From contig JBGATO010000039.1 of NCBI GenBank assembly GCA_044229145.1, positions 1 to 36,095 on the forward strand: 36,095 nt of DNA, given 5' to 3'. Each line of letters starts with the position of its first letter. The first letter of the stretch is position 1. Below, in pieces: positions 10,763 to 19,840 of the stretch. The position numbers and the translations under genes were made by a program. This stretch comes from Candidatus Eiseniibacteriota bacterium (lineage in GTDB: Bacteria; Eisenbacteria; RBG-16-71-46; CAZEPH01). The notes below the pieces were generated by a model, which saw only the letters and a list, made by a program, of their open reading frames with translations, searched no databases and was not told where the DNA came from.

Positions 10763-10790
10763 GGGTGCCGCCTCGCAGGAGGCGGCGCCC
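10763..10790. terminator. Hairpin between convergent genes, probable intrinsic terminator
   Basis: GGGTGCCGCCTC-GCAG-GAGGCGGCGCCC 12-bp stem; only a weak T-tract (TTCGTCGT). Confidence 0.6.
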
Positions 10791-10819
10791 TTCGTCGTGC
10801 GACGGCTGTCAGGCGCGGG

Positions 10820-12943
10820 TTACGCCGCGACGCTCTCCGCGTCGGGGTCGGCCATCCCCCACGCCGACGTCTGCAGCCACGTCACCAGATCCTCCGGCGG
10901 CAGCGGCTTGCTCATGTAGTAGCCCTGCGCGAGGTCGCAACCGACGCGCTTGAGCACCTCGAATCCCGCCGCTTCCTCGACGCCTTCCGCCACCACGCTC
11001 ATGCGCAGGTGGTGGCCGAGTTCGGTGATGAAGCGCACGATCTCCTGCGCCTCCTCCGAGTTCTCGAGGCCGAATACGAAGCTGCGGTCGATCTTGAGCT
11101 CGTTGAACGGCAGCGCGCGCAAATGCATCATCGACGAGTAGCCGGTGCCGAAGTCGTCGATCGACAACTGAAGGCCGTGCGCACGCAGGCGCTTGAGGAT
11201 CTCCGCCGCGTCGTGGTGCGATTCCATGAGCGAGCTCTCGGTGAGTTCGAGTTGCATGGAGCTGGTCGGCACGTTGTGGAACGCCAGCGTGCTGACCACG
11301 TACTCCTCGAACCCGACGTCCTCGAGATTCTTCGCCGAGATGTTGACCGCGACCTTGAGATCGATGCCGGCGTCGAGCCACTCGCGGCACTGCGCGGCGG
11401 CGCGGTTGACCACCCAGCGGGTCAGCGGCCGGATGAGTCCGCCCTGTTCGGCGACGCCGATGAATTCCGCCGGCGGCACGGTGCCGAGTTGCGGGTGCTG
11501 CCAGCGCACCAGCGCCTCGACGCCGGTGGTGACACCGGTCGCGAGATCGACTTTCGGCTGGTAGTGCAGACGCAGTTCGTCGGATTCGATGGCGCGGCGC
11601 AGCTGCGCGATGAGCGCCAGACGGCGCGGCGTGTGCGGATCGCGGTCCGACGAATAGATCATCGAGCCGCGTGCTTCGACCCGCGCGGTGTCGCAGGCGA
11701 CGTGGGCGCGCTGGATCAGGATGTCGCCGACCTCGCCGTGCAGCGGGAACAGCGCGATGCCGATCGCCGGTTCGACCTCGAGCGAGAGATTCTCGACCGA
11801 GATCGGCGCCTCGAAGGTCTCGATGATGCGGTGCGCGATGCGCTGCGCGCCGTCGTCGTTCACGTTCGGGATGAGCAGCGCGAAGGTGTCGCCGTCGAAG
11901 CGCGCTACGGTGTCGGCCTGGCCTTCGATACCGGCGAGACGGCGGCCGACGTGCTGCAGCAAGAGGTCGCCGGTGGCGTGGCCGAGCGTGTGGTTGAACT
12001 CGCGGAAGCGGCGGATGTTGACCAGCATGAGCGCGAGCGGATGGTTGCGGTGCCGCGCCTCACGGACGCGCTCCTCGAGACGCTCTTCGAGCAGCCGCCG
12101 GTTCGGCAGGTCGGTGAGGCGGTCGTAGTAGGCCAACTGGTGCGCCATCTGCTCGGCGCGACGCTGCTCGGTGACGTCCACTGCGAAGCCGCGGAGCACC
12201 GGCGCGTCGCTGAAGCCATCTTGCGCGACCTCGCCTTCCGCGCGCAGCCACACGATGCGGCCGTCCTTGCTCAGCATGCGGAATTCGGCGTGGAACATCC
12301 CGTCTTCGCCGGCGGCACGGCGCAGTTCTTCGCGCAAGCGCGTGCGGTCGCTGGGATGCGTTTGACGCAGCCACATGCCCGGCGTGTCGATCCACTCGCG
12401 CGCCGCGAAGCCGGTGAGCTTTTCGATTTGCGGCGACACGAACAGCGTCGTCCACTCGCTGCCCGAGCGCACGATGAACGTGATGGCGGGGATCGACTCG
12501 ACGAGGTTGCGATAGCGGTCCTCGGCGTGCTGCTTCTCGCGCTCGGCGGCACGGCGGGCGCGGCGTTCGCCGGCTTCCCGAAGTTCGCGATCCACCGCGG
12601 CCCCGAGACGCGTCAGGCGTTGCTTGGTGAGGAAGTCCTGCGCGCCCTCGCGCATCGCCTCCACCGCGTCCTCTTCGGTCATGGTGCCGGAGACGATCAG
12701 GAACGGCAGATCGGCATCGTGCGCGCGCACCAGCCGCAGCGCGGCCTGTGAGCTGAAACCGGGCAGCGCGTGGTCGCTGACCACGACGTCCCACGGTCCC
12801 ATCGCCAGCGCCGCAACCAGGCCGGATTCGTCGTCGACGCGTTGCGCGGACACCTCGAAGCCCTCGCGGGCGAGGGCCCGTTCGATGAGCACCGCGTCGT
12901 CTGCGGAATCTTCCACCAGGAGCACGCGCACCGAGGTCGCCAT
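10820..12943 (-). CDS. REC-PAS-GGDEF(degenerate)-EAL response regulator, probable c-di-GMP phosphodiesterase
   Basis: REC: LLVED, phospho-Asp in VVSDHALPG, IVSG, FLTK; PAS; GGDEF site reads RFDGDTF; EAL motifs VEALVRW, ELTE, DDFGTGYSS, KIDRSF, AEGVE. Confidence 0.93.
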   Translation of the reverse strand: MATSVRVLLVEDSADDAVLIERALAREGFEVSAQRVDDESGLVAALAMGPWDVVVSDHALPGFSSQAALRLVRAHDADLPFLIVSGTMTEEDAVEAMREGAQDFLTKQRLTRLGAAVDRELREAGERRARRAAEREKQHAEDRYRNLVESIPAITFIVRSGSEWTTLFVSPQIEKLTGFAAREWIDTPGMWLRQTHPSDRTRLREELRRAAGEDGMFHAEFRMLSKDGRIVWLRAEGEVAQDGFSDAPVLRGFAVDVTEQRRAEQMAHQLAYYDRLTDLPNRRLLEERLEERVREARHRNHPLALMLVNIRRFREFNHTLGHATGDLLLQHVGRRLAGIEGQADTVARFDGDTFALLIPNVNDDGAQRIAHRIIETFEAPISVENLSLEVEPAIGIALFPLHGEVGDILIQRAHVACDTARVEARGSMIYSSDRDPHTPRRLALIAQLRRAIESDELRLHYQPKVDLATGVTTGVEALVRWQHPQLGTVPPAEFIGVAEQGGLIRPLTRWVVNRAAAQCREWLDAGIDLKVAVNISAKNLEDVGFEEYVVSTLAFHNVPTSSMQLELTESSLMESHHDAAEILKRLRAHGLQLSIDDFGTGYSSMMHLRALPFNELKIDRSFVFGLENSEEAQEIVRFITELGHHLRMSVVAEGVEEAAGFEVLKRVGCDLAQGYYMSKPLPPEDLVTWLQTSAWGMADPDAESVAA

Positions 12944-12967
12944 GCGAGTTCCTTCCGTCGAGTTCGA

Positions 12968-14494
12968 CTAGAGATCGCCGGAGCGCCCGTCGGGGACGGG
13001 CGCGGCCGGTTCCGCGAAGGGCAGACGGACGTACACGGCTGCGCCGTGTCCGACGGCCCCTTCGGCCCAGACGTCCCCGCCGTGGCGGCGGACGACGCGA
13101 TGGACCGTGGCCAACCCGACGCCGGTTCCCTCGAACTGCTCCTCGCGGTGCAGCCGCTGGAAGGCGCCGAACAACTTATCGGCATAGGCCATGTCGAACC
13201 CTGCGCCATTGTCGCGCACGCAGAGCGCGGTGCCGCGAGATGTCGCAGCGCGCACCACGGCGATGGTGGCGGGGGCGCGTTCGCGGGAGAATTTCCAGGC
13301 ATTGCCGAGCAAGTTTTCGAGCACGATGCGCAGCAACCGGCGGTCGCCACGGACCGCGAGGCCGGGCTCGACGTGTACTTCGACCATGCGGACGGGATCG
13401 GCGCGCCGCAGGTCGTCGAGGATCTCGTGGGCCGTGCGGCTGAGGTCGACGTCCTCCTCGCGCAAGTCGCAGCGGGCGATGCGCGACAGCTGCAGCAGGT
13501 CGTCGATGAGTTCGCTGGCGCGGCGGGCATTGCGGCGGATGCGCGCCAGGTAATCGAGGCCGGTTTCGCCGAGCTGTGCCGCGCATTCCTCGGCGAGCGC
13601 GGCGCCGAAGCCGTCGATGGCACGGAGCGGCCGCCGCAGGTCATGGCTCACCGAGTAGCTGAAGGATTCCAGCTCGCGGCTGGCCGCTTCGGCGACGTCG
13701 CGGTGATGCCGCAATTCGTCTTCCTGCTGGTGGCGCGCGGTGACGTCGCGCGCCACCGCGAACACCACACCCTGCGCCTGCCAGACGGCCAGATGCCACT
13801 GGAGCCACACCTCGCTGTCGCCGCGGACGCGGGCTTCGAGGCTCACTGTCTCGCCCGCCTCCAGCAAGCGCGTCCACGCGAGATGCGCCCCGGTGGCGTC
13901 CTGGGGATGCACGGTGTCGAACCACGTCGTGCCGAGCAGCGCATCGGGCGCGTGCCCGAGGTAGCCGCCACACGCGCGGTTGGCACGCACCATCGCCCCG
14001 TCGAGTGTGAACACACAGAGCGGATCGGGCGACAACTCGAAGAACAACGCGTATTCCCGCTCGAGCCGCCGGTGCTTCCGGGTGGCCCGGGCGTCGCGCA
14101 CCAACAGCACGGCGATGCCGGAGGCCAGGGTCGCCGCGATGAGCAGGAGGCCAGTGCCGCCGTCGAGCGTCCGCTGCACCAGCAATGCCGCGACCCACGG
14201 GGCGGCCAGCGAGGCCGCCATGGCGGCGATCATGCCGCCCGACCAGCGCTCGCCCTGCGGCGCGCGCGCACGCGCCGCGGGCGCGAGGGCCGGCGCGCTA
14301 GCCGCATCCTGCTCTACCGTGGTGTCGGCAGACGGGACGAGGTGCAGCCGCGCGCGGCGCGCCAGGATGTCGACGGCGGGTGCGGTCTCAGGTGTACCGG
14401 AGCCGAGGATCGCGCGCAGGTCCCCCAACGGGGCGGCGGCGGAAGGCTCGGTGCCGGAGTCGGGCACCGCGAGGGCATGGGGGTGTCGGGTCAC
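12968..14494 (-). CDS. Membrane-anchored PAS sensor histidine kinase (start uncertain)
   Basis: Two TM helices, PAS, H-box SYSVSHDLRRPL, N-box ENLLGNAWKF, G1 DNGAGF, F-box LFGAFQRL, G2 GTGVGL; directly upstream of the REC-EAL gene. GTG 14494 is a guess. Confidence 0.9.
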   Translation of the reverse strand: MTRHPHALAVPDSGTEPSAAAPLGDLRAILGSGTPETAPAVDILARRARLHLVPSADTTVEQDAASAPALAPAARARAPQGERWSGGMIAAMAASLAAPWVAALLVQRTLDGGTGLLLIAATLASGIAVLLVRDARATRKHRRLEREYALFFELSPDPLCVFTLDGAMVRANRACGGYLGHAPDALLGTTWFDTVHPQDATGAHLAWTRLLEAGETVSLEARVRGDSEVWLQWHLAVWQAQGVVFAVARDVTARHQQEDELRHHRDVAEAASRELESFSYSVSHDLRRPLRAIDGFGAALAEECAAQLGETGLDYLARIRRNARRASELIDDLLQLSRIARCDLREEDVDLSRTAHEILDDLRRADPVRMVEVHVEPGLAVRGDRRLLRIVLENLLGNAWKFSRERAPATIAVVRAATSRGTALCVRDNGAGFDMAYADKLFGAFQRLHREEQFEGTGVGLATVHRVVRRHGGDVWAEGAVGHGAAVYVRLPFAEPAAPVPDGRSGDL

Positions 14495-14646
14495 GGAATC
14501 AGTCGAGCTCTGCCATGAGGCGGTGAATCGTGCGCGCATCCTTCTGCGCTCGAGGCTGCGGGCCCGGCACCCTGGGACGTCGCGCCGTGACGCAATCCTC
14601 GTCGGGTGGACTATCGGCGGATCAGCGCGCGCTCTCCAAAGACGGA

Positions 14647-14680
14647 GGGAGGGAACGCGCGGCGTCGCGCATTCCCTCCC
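14647..14680 (-). terminator. Probable intrinsic terminator
   Basis: GGGAGGGAA...TTCCCTCCC stem of about 15 bp with 4-nt loop, followed on the minus strand by TCCGTCTTT; downstream of the stop at 14715. Confidence 0.55.
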
Positions 14681-14714
14681 ACTCCTCGCGACGGCCCTCT
14701 CCGGGGCCGGCGGG

Positions 14715-15290
14715 TCAGTCCTTGATCAAGCCGCTGGCGATGTCCTTGCGCGCTTCCTCGGCCACCACGGCGGCGACCTCGGTCAAGCTGTGCCGGCAGG
14801 TCGAGTCTTCGTTCCGGCACTCCGCCAGCGTCATCCCGCACTCGCAGGTGCAGTGGGCATGGTTGCAGCGGTCGAGGATGCGCTTCTGCGTGACGTCCGG
14901 GTAGGAGGAGATGTCGATCCCCGGCAACGAGGTGTAGTTGCTCGGCGGATGCGGCTTCTCGGAGCCGTTCGCCATCGGGGCCTTCTCAGGCACTTCGCCG
15001 ATACGTCCGCCGCCCGCCACGCGGTCCATGCCGCCGCCCATCTGGCCGGCCCCGCCCGGCGCCTGCAAGCCGGTGGCGCCCTTCTGCTCCTCGGCCAGAG
15101 GGACACCGTGTTCGCGCGTATCGCCCGACATCGACACGATTTCCTCGGGTGTCATCTTCGGCGGCCGTTGGCGGGCCACCGCGTAGATCGATCCCAAAAT
15201 CGCCACGATGACCACGACGAGGATGAGCCCTCGCATCGCATTGCCGCCCGGCGACGAGCCCTTGGCGGTGTTGTCCAGGTTGGTGCCCAC
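14715..15290 (-). CDS. Membrane-anchored hypothetical protein with C-terminal Cys/His-rich domain
   Basis: Strong RBS AGGAGGAG before GTG 15290; TM helix LILVVVIVAILGSIYAV; motif CNHAHCTCECGMTLAECRNEDSTCRHS. Confidence 0.8.
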   Translation of the reverse strand: MGTNLDNTAKGSSPGGNAMRGLILVVVIVAILGSIYAVARQRPPKMTPEEIVSMSGDTREHGVPLAEEQKGATGLQAPGGAGQMGGGMDRVAGGGRIGEVPEKAPMANGSEKPHPPSNYTSLPGIDISSYPDVTQKRILDRCNHAHCTCECGMTLAECRNEDSTCRHSLTEVAAVVAEEARKDIASGLIKD

Positions 15291-15311
15291 TCCGCTCCTC
15301 CTTGGCGACGG

Positions 15312-17348
15312 CTAGACGCCTGCCACGGCGGCGTCCCCCACACGCGCGGCGCGGCCGCGGCGTTCGAGGGCCCAACGATACACCATCTCGTAGCGCGCCG
15401 CCGAGCGCGCCCACGAAAAGTCTTGGGCCATGCCGTTCCGCCGCAGCAAATCGATGGCGGTCGGGAACGTCCAGGCGTCGAGCGCGCGCTGGATCGCCGA
15501 CCAAAAGCCCTCGCTGCTGTAGGACTCGAAGAGGAAGCCGGTGCCGGTGCCGCTGTCGCCGTTCCACTCCTCGATGGTGTCGGCCAGCCCGCCGGTGGCG
15601 CGGACGATCGGGATCGTCCCGTAGCGCAGCGAGTAGAGCTGGTTGAGGCCGCACGGCTCGTACTTCGACGGCATGAGGAAGAAATCGGAGCCGGCCTCGA
15701 TCAGGTGCGCGAGCGGTTCGTTGAAGGTGAAGTCCGCGGCGACCTTGTCGGGGAATCGGTGCTGCAGGCCGCTCAGCATCTCCTGGTACTCGGTGGCGCC
15801 GCTGCCGAGCACGACGAGCGTGACGTCCTGCGCGAGCAGTTGCTCCGCAACCTCGCCGAGCAGGTCGAGGCCCTTCTGATCCACGAGTCGCGTCACCATG
15901 CCGAACACCGGCGCGTGAATGCGCTCCGGCGGCAGGCCGCAACGCTTGAGCAGTTCCATCTTGCTCAGCCACTTGCCGCTCAAGTCGTCGGCGGTGTACT
16001 TGGCCGGTAGATGCGTGTCGACCTTGGGGTCCCAGTAGTTGTAGTCGACGCCGTTGACGATGCCGACGAGGTCGTGTCCGCGCGTTTGCAGCAAGCCTTC
16101 GAGGCCGTAGCTGTATTCGCGGCTGCTCTGGATCTCCTGCGCGTAGCGTTCGCTCACGGTGGTGAGCATATCCGCGAACCACACGCCGGCCTTGAGCAAG
16201 TTGACGTGGCCGTAGAACTCGAACGGTCCGAGCGCGGTGAACAGATCGTCCGGGAAGCCGGCGCCGTTGAGCGAGCCGCTGGCGTAGAGGCCCTGGTAGC
16301 CCATGTTGTGCAACGACAGAACGCTCGCCGCGCGGGCCGCCCACGGCGTGTCGCGCAAGACCGTCCGCTGATAGACCGGCACCAGCGCGGTCTGGTGATC
16401 GTTGGCGTGCAGAACGTCCGGCTCGAGGCCGAGCGACCCGACCGCCGCCAGCACGGCGCGCGCGAAGAACGCCCAGCGCAGCGCGTTGTCCGGATAGTCC
16501 GCCTTCTTGTCGGGATCGGTGTAGATGCCCGCACGGTCGAATGCCGGCGGATAGTCGACGAAGTACACCGCGACGCCCTGGTGCTGGATCGCACGCAGCA
16601 CCACGGTCTGCGAGCCGCCCCACCACGGCACCTCGACCTGCGCGACGTCCGGTGTGCCGTACCCGCTCAAGTCGATCTGGCGATACAGCGGCACGAAGAC
16701 ATGCACGCGGTGACCGCGCGCCGCCAGCGCCGCCGGCAACGAGCCGATGACGTCGGCGAGCCCGCCCACCTTGGCGAACGGCGCCATCTCCGCGGCGGCG
16801 AAAACGAGGGTCAGCGGGCGCGGCGCGTCGAACGCCGGCGCGGGCGCCGACGCGACGGGCGCGTCCGCGACGACGGGCGGCGCGACGGGCGCGGGTGCGA
16901 CCTCCGCGACCGGCACCGGCGCCGGCGCCGTCTCCGCGACCGGAGCGGGCGCAGGCGCAACCGGCGCGGCAGGCGCAGCCGGCGTTGTCGACTTCAACGC
17001 GCGGCGCACGGCGTCACCGGCAGCGTGCACCCGCGCGTGGATCACGGCTTCCGCCTCGGCCGGCACCGCTTCGGGGCGCGCGGCGGGCTTGCGGGTCGCG
17101 GGCGCGCGCTTCGCCTTCGGGGCGGCGGTCTTCGCCGCGACCGGTGGCTTGGCGACGGCAGGCTTGGGCGCCTTCTTCGCGGCCGGCTTCTTGGGCGCCG
17201 GCGGCGCGACGGATTCGGGCGCCGCCTCGGCGGACGGCTCGAGCGGCGCCACGCGCACCATCGTCTTGCGGGCGCGCTTGGGGCGCGGCGCGGGCGGGTC
17301 GCCGGCAGGCGGCGTGGCGGCGGTCGGCTTCTCGTCGGACTCGGACAT
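15312..17348 (-). CDS. glgA: Glycogen synthase (GT5) with ~175-aa Lys/Ala/Pro-rich N-terminal extension
   Basis: EMAPFAKVGGLADV, HANDHQT, HNMGYQG, GIVNGVD, RLVDQKG, PSKYEPCGLNQL, TGGLADT; RBS AGGAG before ATG 17348. Confidence 0.95.
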   Translation of the reverse strand: MSESDEKPTAATPPAGDPPAPRPKRARKTMVRVAPLEPSAEAAPESVAPPAPKKPAAKKAPKPAVAKPPVAAKTAAPKAKRAPATRKPAARPEAVPAEAEAVIHARVHAAGDAVRRALKSTTPAAPAAPVAPAPAPVAETAPAPVPVAEVAPAPVAPPVVADAPVASAPAPAFDAPRPLTLVFAAAEMAPFAKVGGLADVIGSLPAALAARGHRVHVFVPLYRQIDLSGYGTPDVAQVEVPWWGGSQTVVLRAIQHQGVAVYFVDYPPAFDRAGIYTDPDKKADYPDNALRWAFFARAVLAAVGSLGLEPDVLHANDHQTALVPVYQRTVLRDTPWAARAASVLSLHNMGYQGLYASGSLNGAGFPDDLFTALGPFEFYGHVNLLKAGVWFADMLTTVSERYAQEIQSSREYSYGLEGLLQTRGHDLVGIVNGVDYNYWDPKVDTHLPAKYTADDLSGKWLSKMELLKRCGLPPERIHAPVFGMVTRLVDQKGLDLLGEVAEQLLAQDVTLVVLGSGATEYQEMLSGLQHRFPDKVAADFTFNEPLAHLIEAGSDFFLMPSKYEPCGLNQLYSLRYGTIPIVRATGGLADTIEEWNGDSGTGTGFLFESYSSEGFWSAIQRALDAWTFPTAIDLLRRNGMAQDFSWARSAARYEMVYRWALERRGRAARVGDAAVAGV

Positions 17349-17356
17349 CGGGACTC

Positions 17357-18352
17357 CTACAGGGCGTCGCGCAGCATCTGCGCAGCTTCCTCGGGCGGCG
17401 TCGGATTGATATAGAACCCCGTCCCCCACTCGAACCCCGCCACTTTGGTCAGCTTCGGCATGATCTCGATGTGCCAGTGGAAGTGTTCGAGGTACGGATC
17501 CTTGCACGGGGCGGTGTGGATCACGAAGTTGTACGGTGGCGCGTTGAGTGCCGCGCGCATGCGGGCCAGCGTCTCCTTGAGGATCGCCGCCAGCGGCTCG
17601 ATGTTCGAGGGATGGGTGTGCTCGAAGCCCGACTCGTGCTCGCGCGGGACGATCCAGGTCTCGAAGGGAAAGCGCGGCGCGAACGGCACGTACGAGAGGA
17701 ACTGGTCGTTCACCGCCACCAGGCGGCGGCCGCCTTCGAGTTCTTGCTCAAGGATATCGCACAAAATGCAGCGTTCCTTGAGGTCGTAGTGCCGGGCCAT
17801 GCCGGTCAGTTCCTCTGTCACCAGCGTCGGGATGACCGGCGTGGCGATGAGCTGGGTATGCGGGTGCGCGAGCGACGCGCCGGCCGGTTCGCCGTGGTTC
17901 TTGAACACGGTGATGTAGCGGAAGCGGTTGTCGCGCTTGAGGTCCTCGATGCGCTCGCGGTAGGCCCACAGCACCTGCGTGATGTGGCCGAGCGTCCACT
18001 CGCTGAGCTCGCTGTCGTGGTCGTCGGAGTCGATGAAGACTTCGTGGGCGCCGATGCCGTTCATGCGGTCGTACACGCCTTCGCCGCGGCGGGCCAGCGG
18101 GCCTTCGATCTGCAGCGCCGGGTACTTGTTCGGGACGACGCGGGTGGTCCAGCCGGGCGCGTTGGGCGGCGTGCCGCGGCGGCCGTAGGCCAGCAACTCG
18201 GGCGGCGTCTCCTGCTCGTTGCCGGGGCAGAACGGGCACGGCTCGCCGGTGTGCGGCGGCGTGACGGAGGCGAAGTCGTTCGGCTTGCCGCCGCGTTCGG
18301 ATGCGATGATGACCCAGCGTCCGACGATCGGATCGCGTCGCAGCTCGGGCAT
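17357..18352 (-). CDS. galT: GalT-family hexose-1-phosphate nucleotidyltransferase
   Basis: MPELRRDPI, CPFCPGNE, VVPNKYPAL, FKNHG..AGASLAHPHTQ catalytic HPH, AGFEWGTG; RBS GGAGGT. Confidence 0.92.
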   Translation of the reverse strand: MPELRRDPIVGRWVIIASERGGKPNDFASVTPPHTGEPCPFCPGNEQETPPELLAYGRRGTPPNAPGWTTRVVPNKYPALQIEGPLARRGEGVYDRMNGIGAHEVFIDSDDHDSELSEWTLGHITQVLWAYRERIEDLKRDNRFRYITVFKNHGEPAGASLAHPHTQLIATPVIPTLVTEELTGMARHYDLKERCILCDILEQELEGGRRLVAVNDQFLSYVPFAPRFPFETWIVPREHESGFEHTHPSNIEPLAAILKETLARMRAALNAPPYNFVIHTAPCKDPYLEHFHWHIEIMPKLTKVAGFEWGTGFYINPTPPEEAAQMLRDAL

Positions 18353-18487
18353 CCGGACTGACCTCCTGGACCTGTGGACTCGCGCGGCCTCGTGCCGATC
18401 CCGCAGTTATCGGCAGGATGAACCCGGGAGGCTAGCACAGGCGCGTCCGGGCCGCCACGCGACCAACCGGGCCAGCGCGGGCGGGCC

Positions 18488-19799
18488 CTACCCCGCCATG
18501 CGCCCCAGGAACGCCGTCCGGCGGCTCGCCGTGCGGGCGAAGAGCGCCGTCAGCAGCGCCTCCTCCGCCGTCGACATGGTGATGGCACGCCGGCCCATCG
18601 CGGTGCGCGCCGTCGATAGCATGCGGTCGAGCGCGTACTCGCCGGCGCCCGGTCCGGCGCCCCACACGAACGCCGGCACGTACGGCTGCTGCAGCAATCC
18701 GCCGCCGAAGACGTTGGTGCCGACGCCGAGGATCGTTCCGGTGCCGAGCAGCGTGCCGATCGCCGTCTTGACGTGGTCGCCGATGACGCTGCCGAGTTTG
18801 TTGTGGCCGCTGCCGACGCGGCGGTCCTCGAGCGTCACCTTCACCGCACCGTAGGTGTTCTTGAGGTTGCTCGTGGTGGTGAGCGCGCCGAGATTCACCC
18901 ACGGACAGATGATCGAGTTCCCGAGATAACCCTCGTGCGCCTTGTTGGCGAAGCCCAGGAACACCGACTCGCCGACCTCGCCGCCGACGCGGCAGCCGGC
19001 ACCGATCATCGTCCCGCCGTGCACAGTGATGGCCGATCACCGCCGGTCCGGTGATGCGCGCGTGACTGCGCACCACGGCGCCGCTGCCAATGAGGATCGG
19101 ACCTTCCCGCGCATCGAGCAGGGCGAACGGATCGACGCGCGCGCCGTCGAGCACGGTGACGTCCTGCCCGCGTTCGAGGACGGCGGTGCGGTGGATGTCG
19201 CCGCCGTGGTGACCGCGCGCCTCGAGGCCGGCGAGATCGCCGGCGAGCAAGCGGTACGTCGCGCTCAGCACGTCCCACGGATAGCGCAGAAGTTCGCCCG
19301 CGTTCTCGACACGCGGCAGCGTCGCGGCGGTGGCGCACCAGCGCGCCCAGTCGACCGGCGCTTGCCACGGGTCGTTACTCGGATCCGGCGCGAGGTCGTG
19401 TGCCCGCGCCGCGCGGAGCTTCAGGGCAATCGGTTGGTCGTCGTGGTAGAGCGCGGCCTCACCGGCACGCCCGAGGAACTCCTGCTGCAACGGCTCGGCC
19501 ACCATGCGCGAGAGCACGATGACGATCTCCGCGGCGCCTGCCGCCTCGGCGGCATCGACCAACACGGCGAGCGACGGATGCACCGGCACGTCGGTGATGT
19601 CGCGCTCACGCGGCGCGATGACCGGACGCACCACGAGCGCGCGCGGCTCGCAGTGCCACGTGGCGAGCAAGCGGTCCCACACGCGGAACGCGCCGGCCAC
19701 CACGCGGTGCGCGGCGCGTAGGTCGGTGAGCGGTCGCAGGTCGTCGACCAACGAATCTTCGGCGACGGCGAGAAAGACGGAACCGGTGCGATCACGCAT
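18488..19799 (-). CDS. GlmU-like sugar nucleotidyltransferase/hexapeptide-repeat protein, one frameshift near 19030
   Basis: N-part in frame 18432..19799 (LRPLTDLR, YPWD, LDAREGPILIG); C-part in frame 18488..19024 (CRVGGEV, NKAHEGYLGNS, WVNLGALTTTSNLKNTY, GDHVKTAIGT). Confidence 0.8.
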
Positions 19800-19840
19800 G
19801 GCGATCCTCGGGGACTCGGTCCAGCGCGGGTGCGCGCCGG

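Noticed and set aside
19020..19050. Programmed ribosomal frameshift in the GlmU-like gene
   Set aside because: No slippery heptamer at the junction; an indel error is simpler given the other broken genes.
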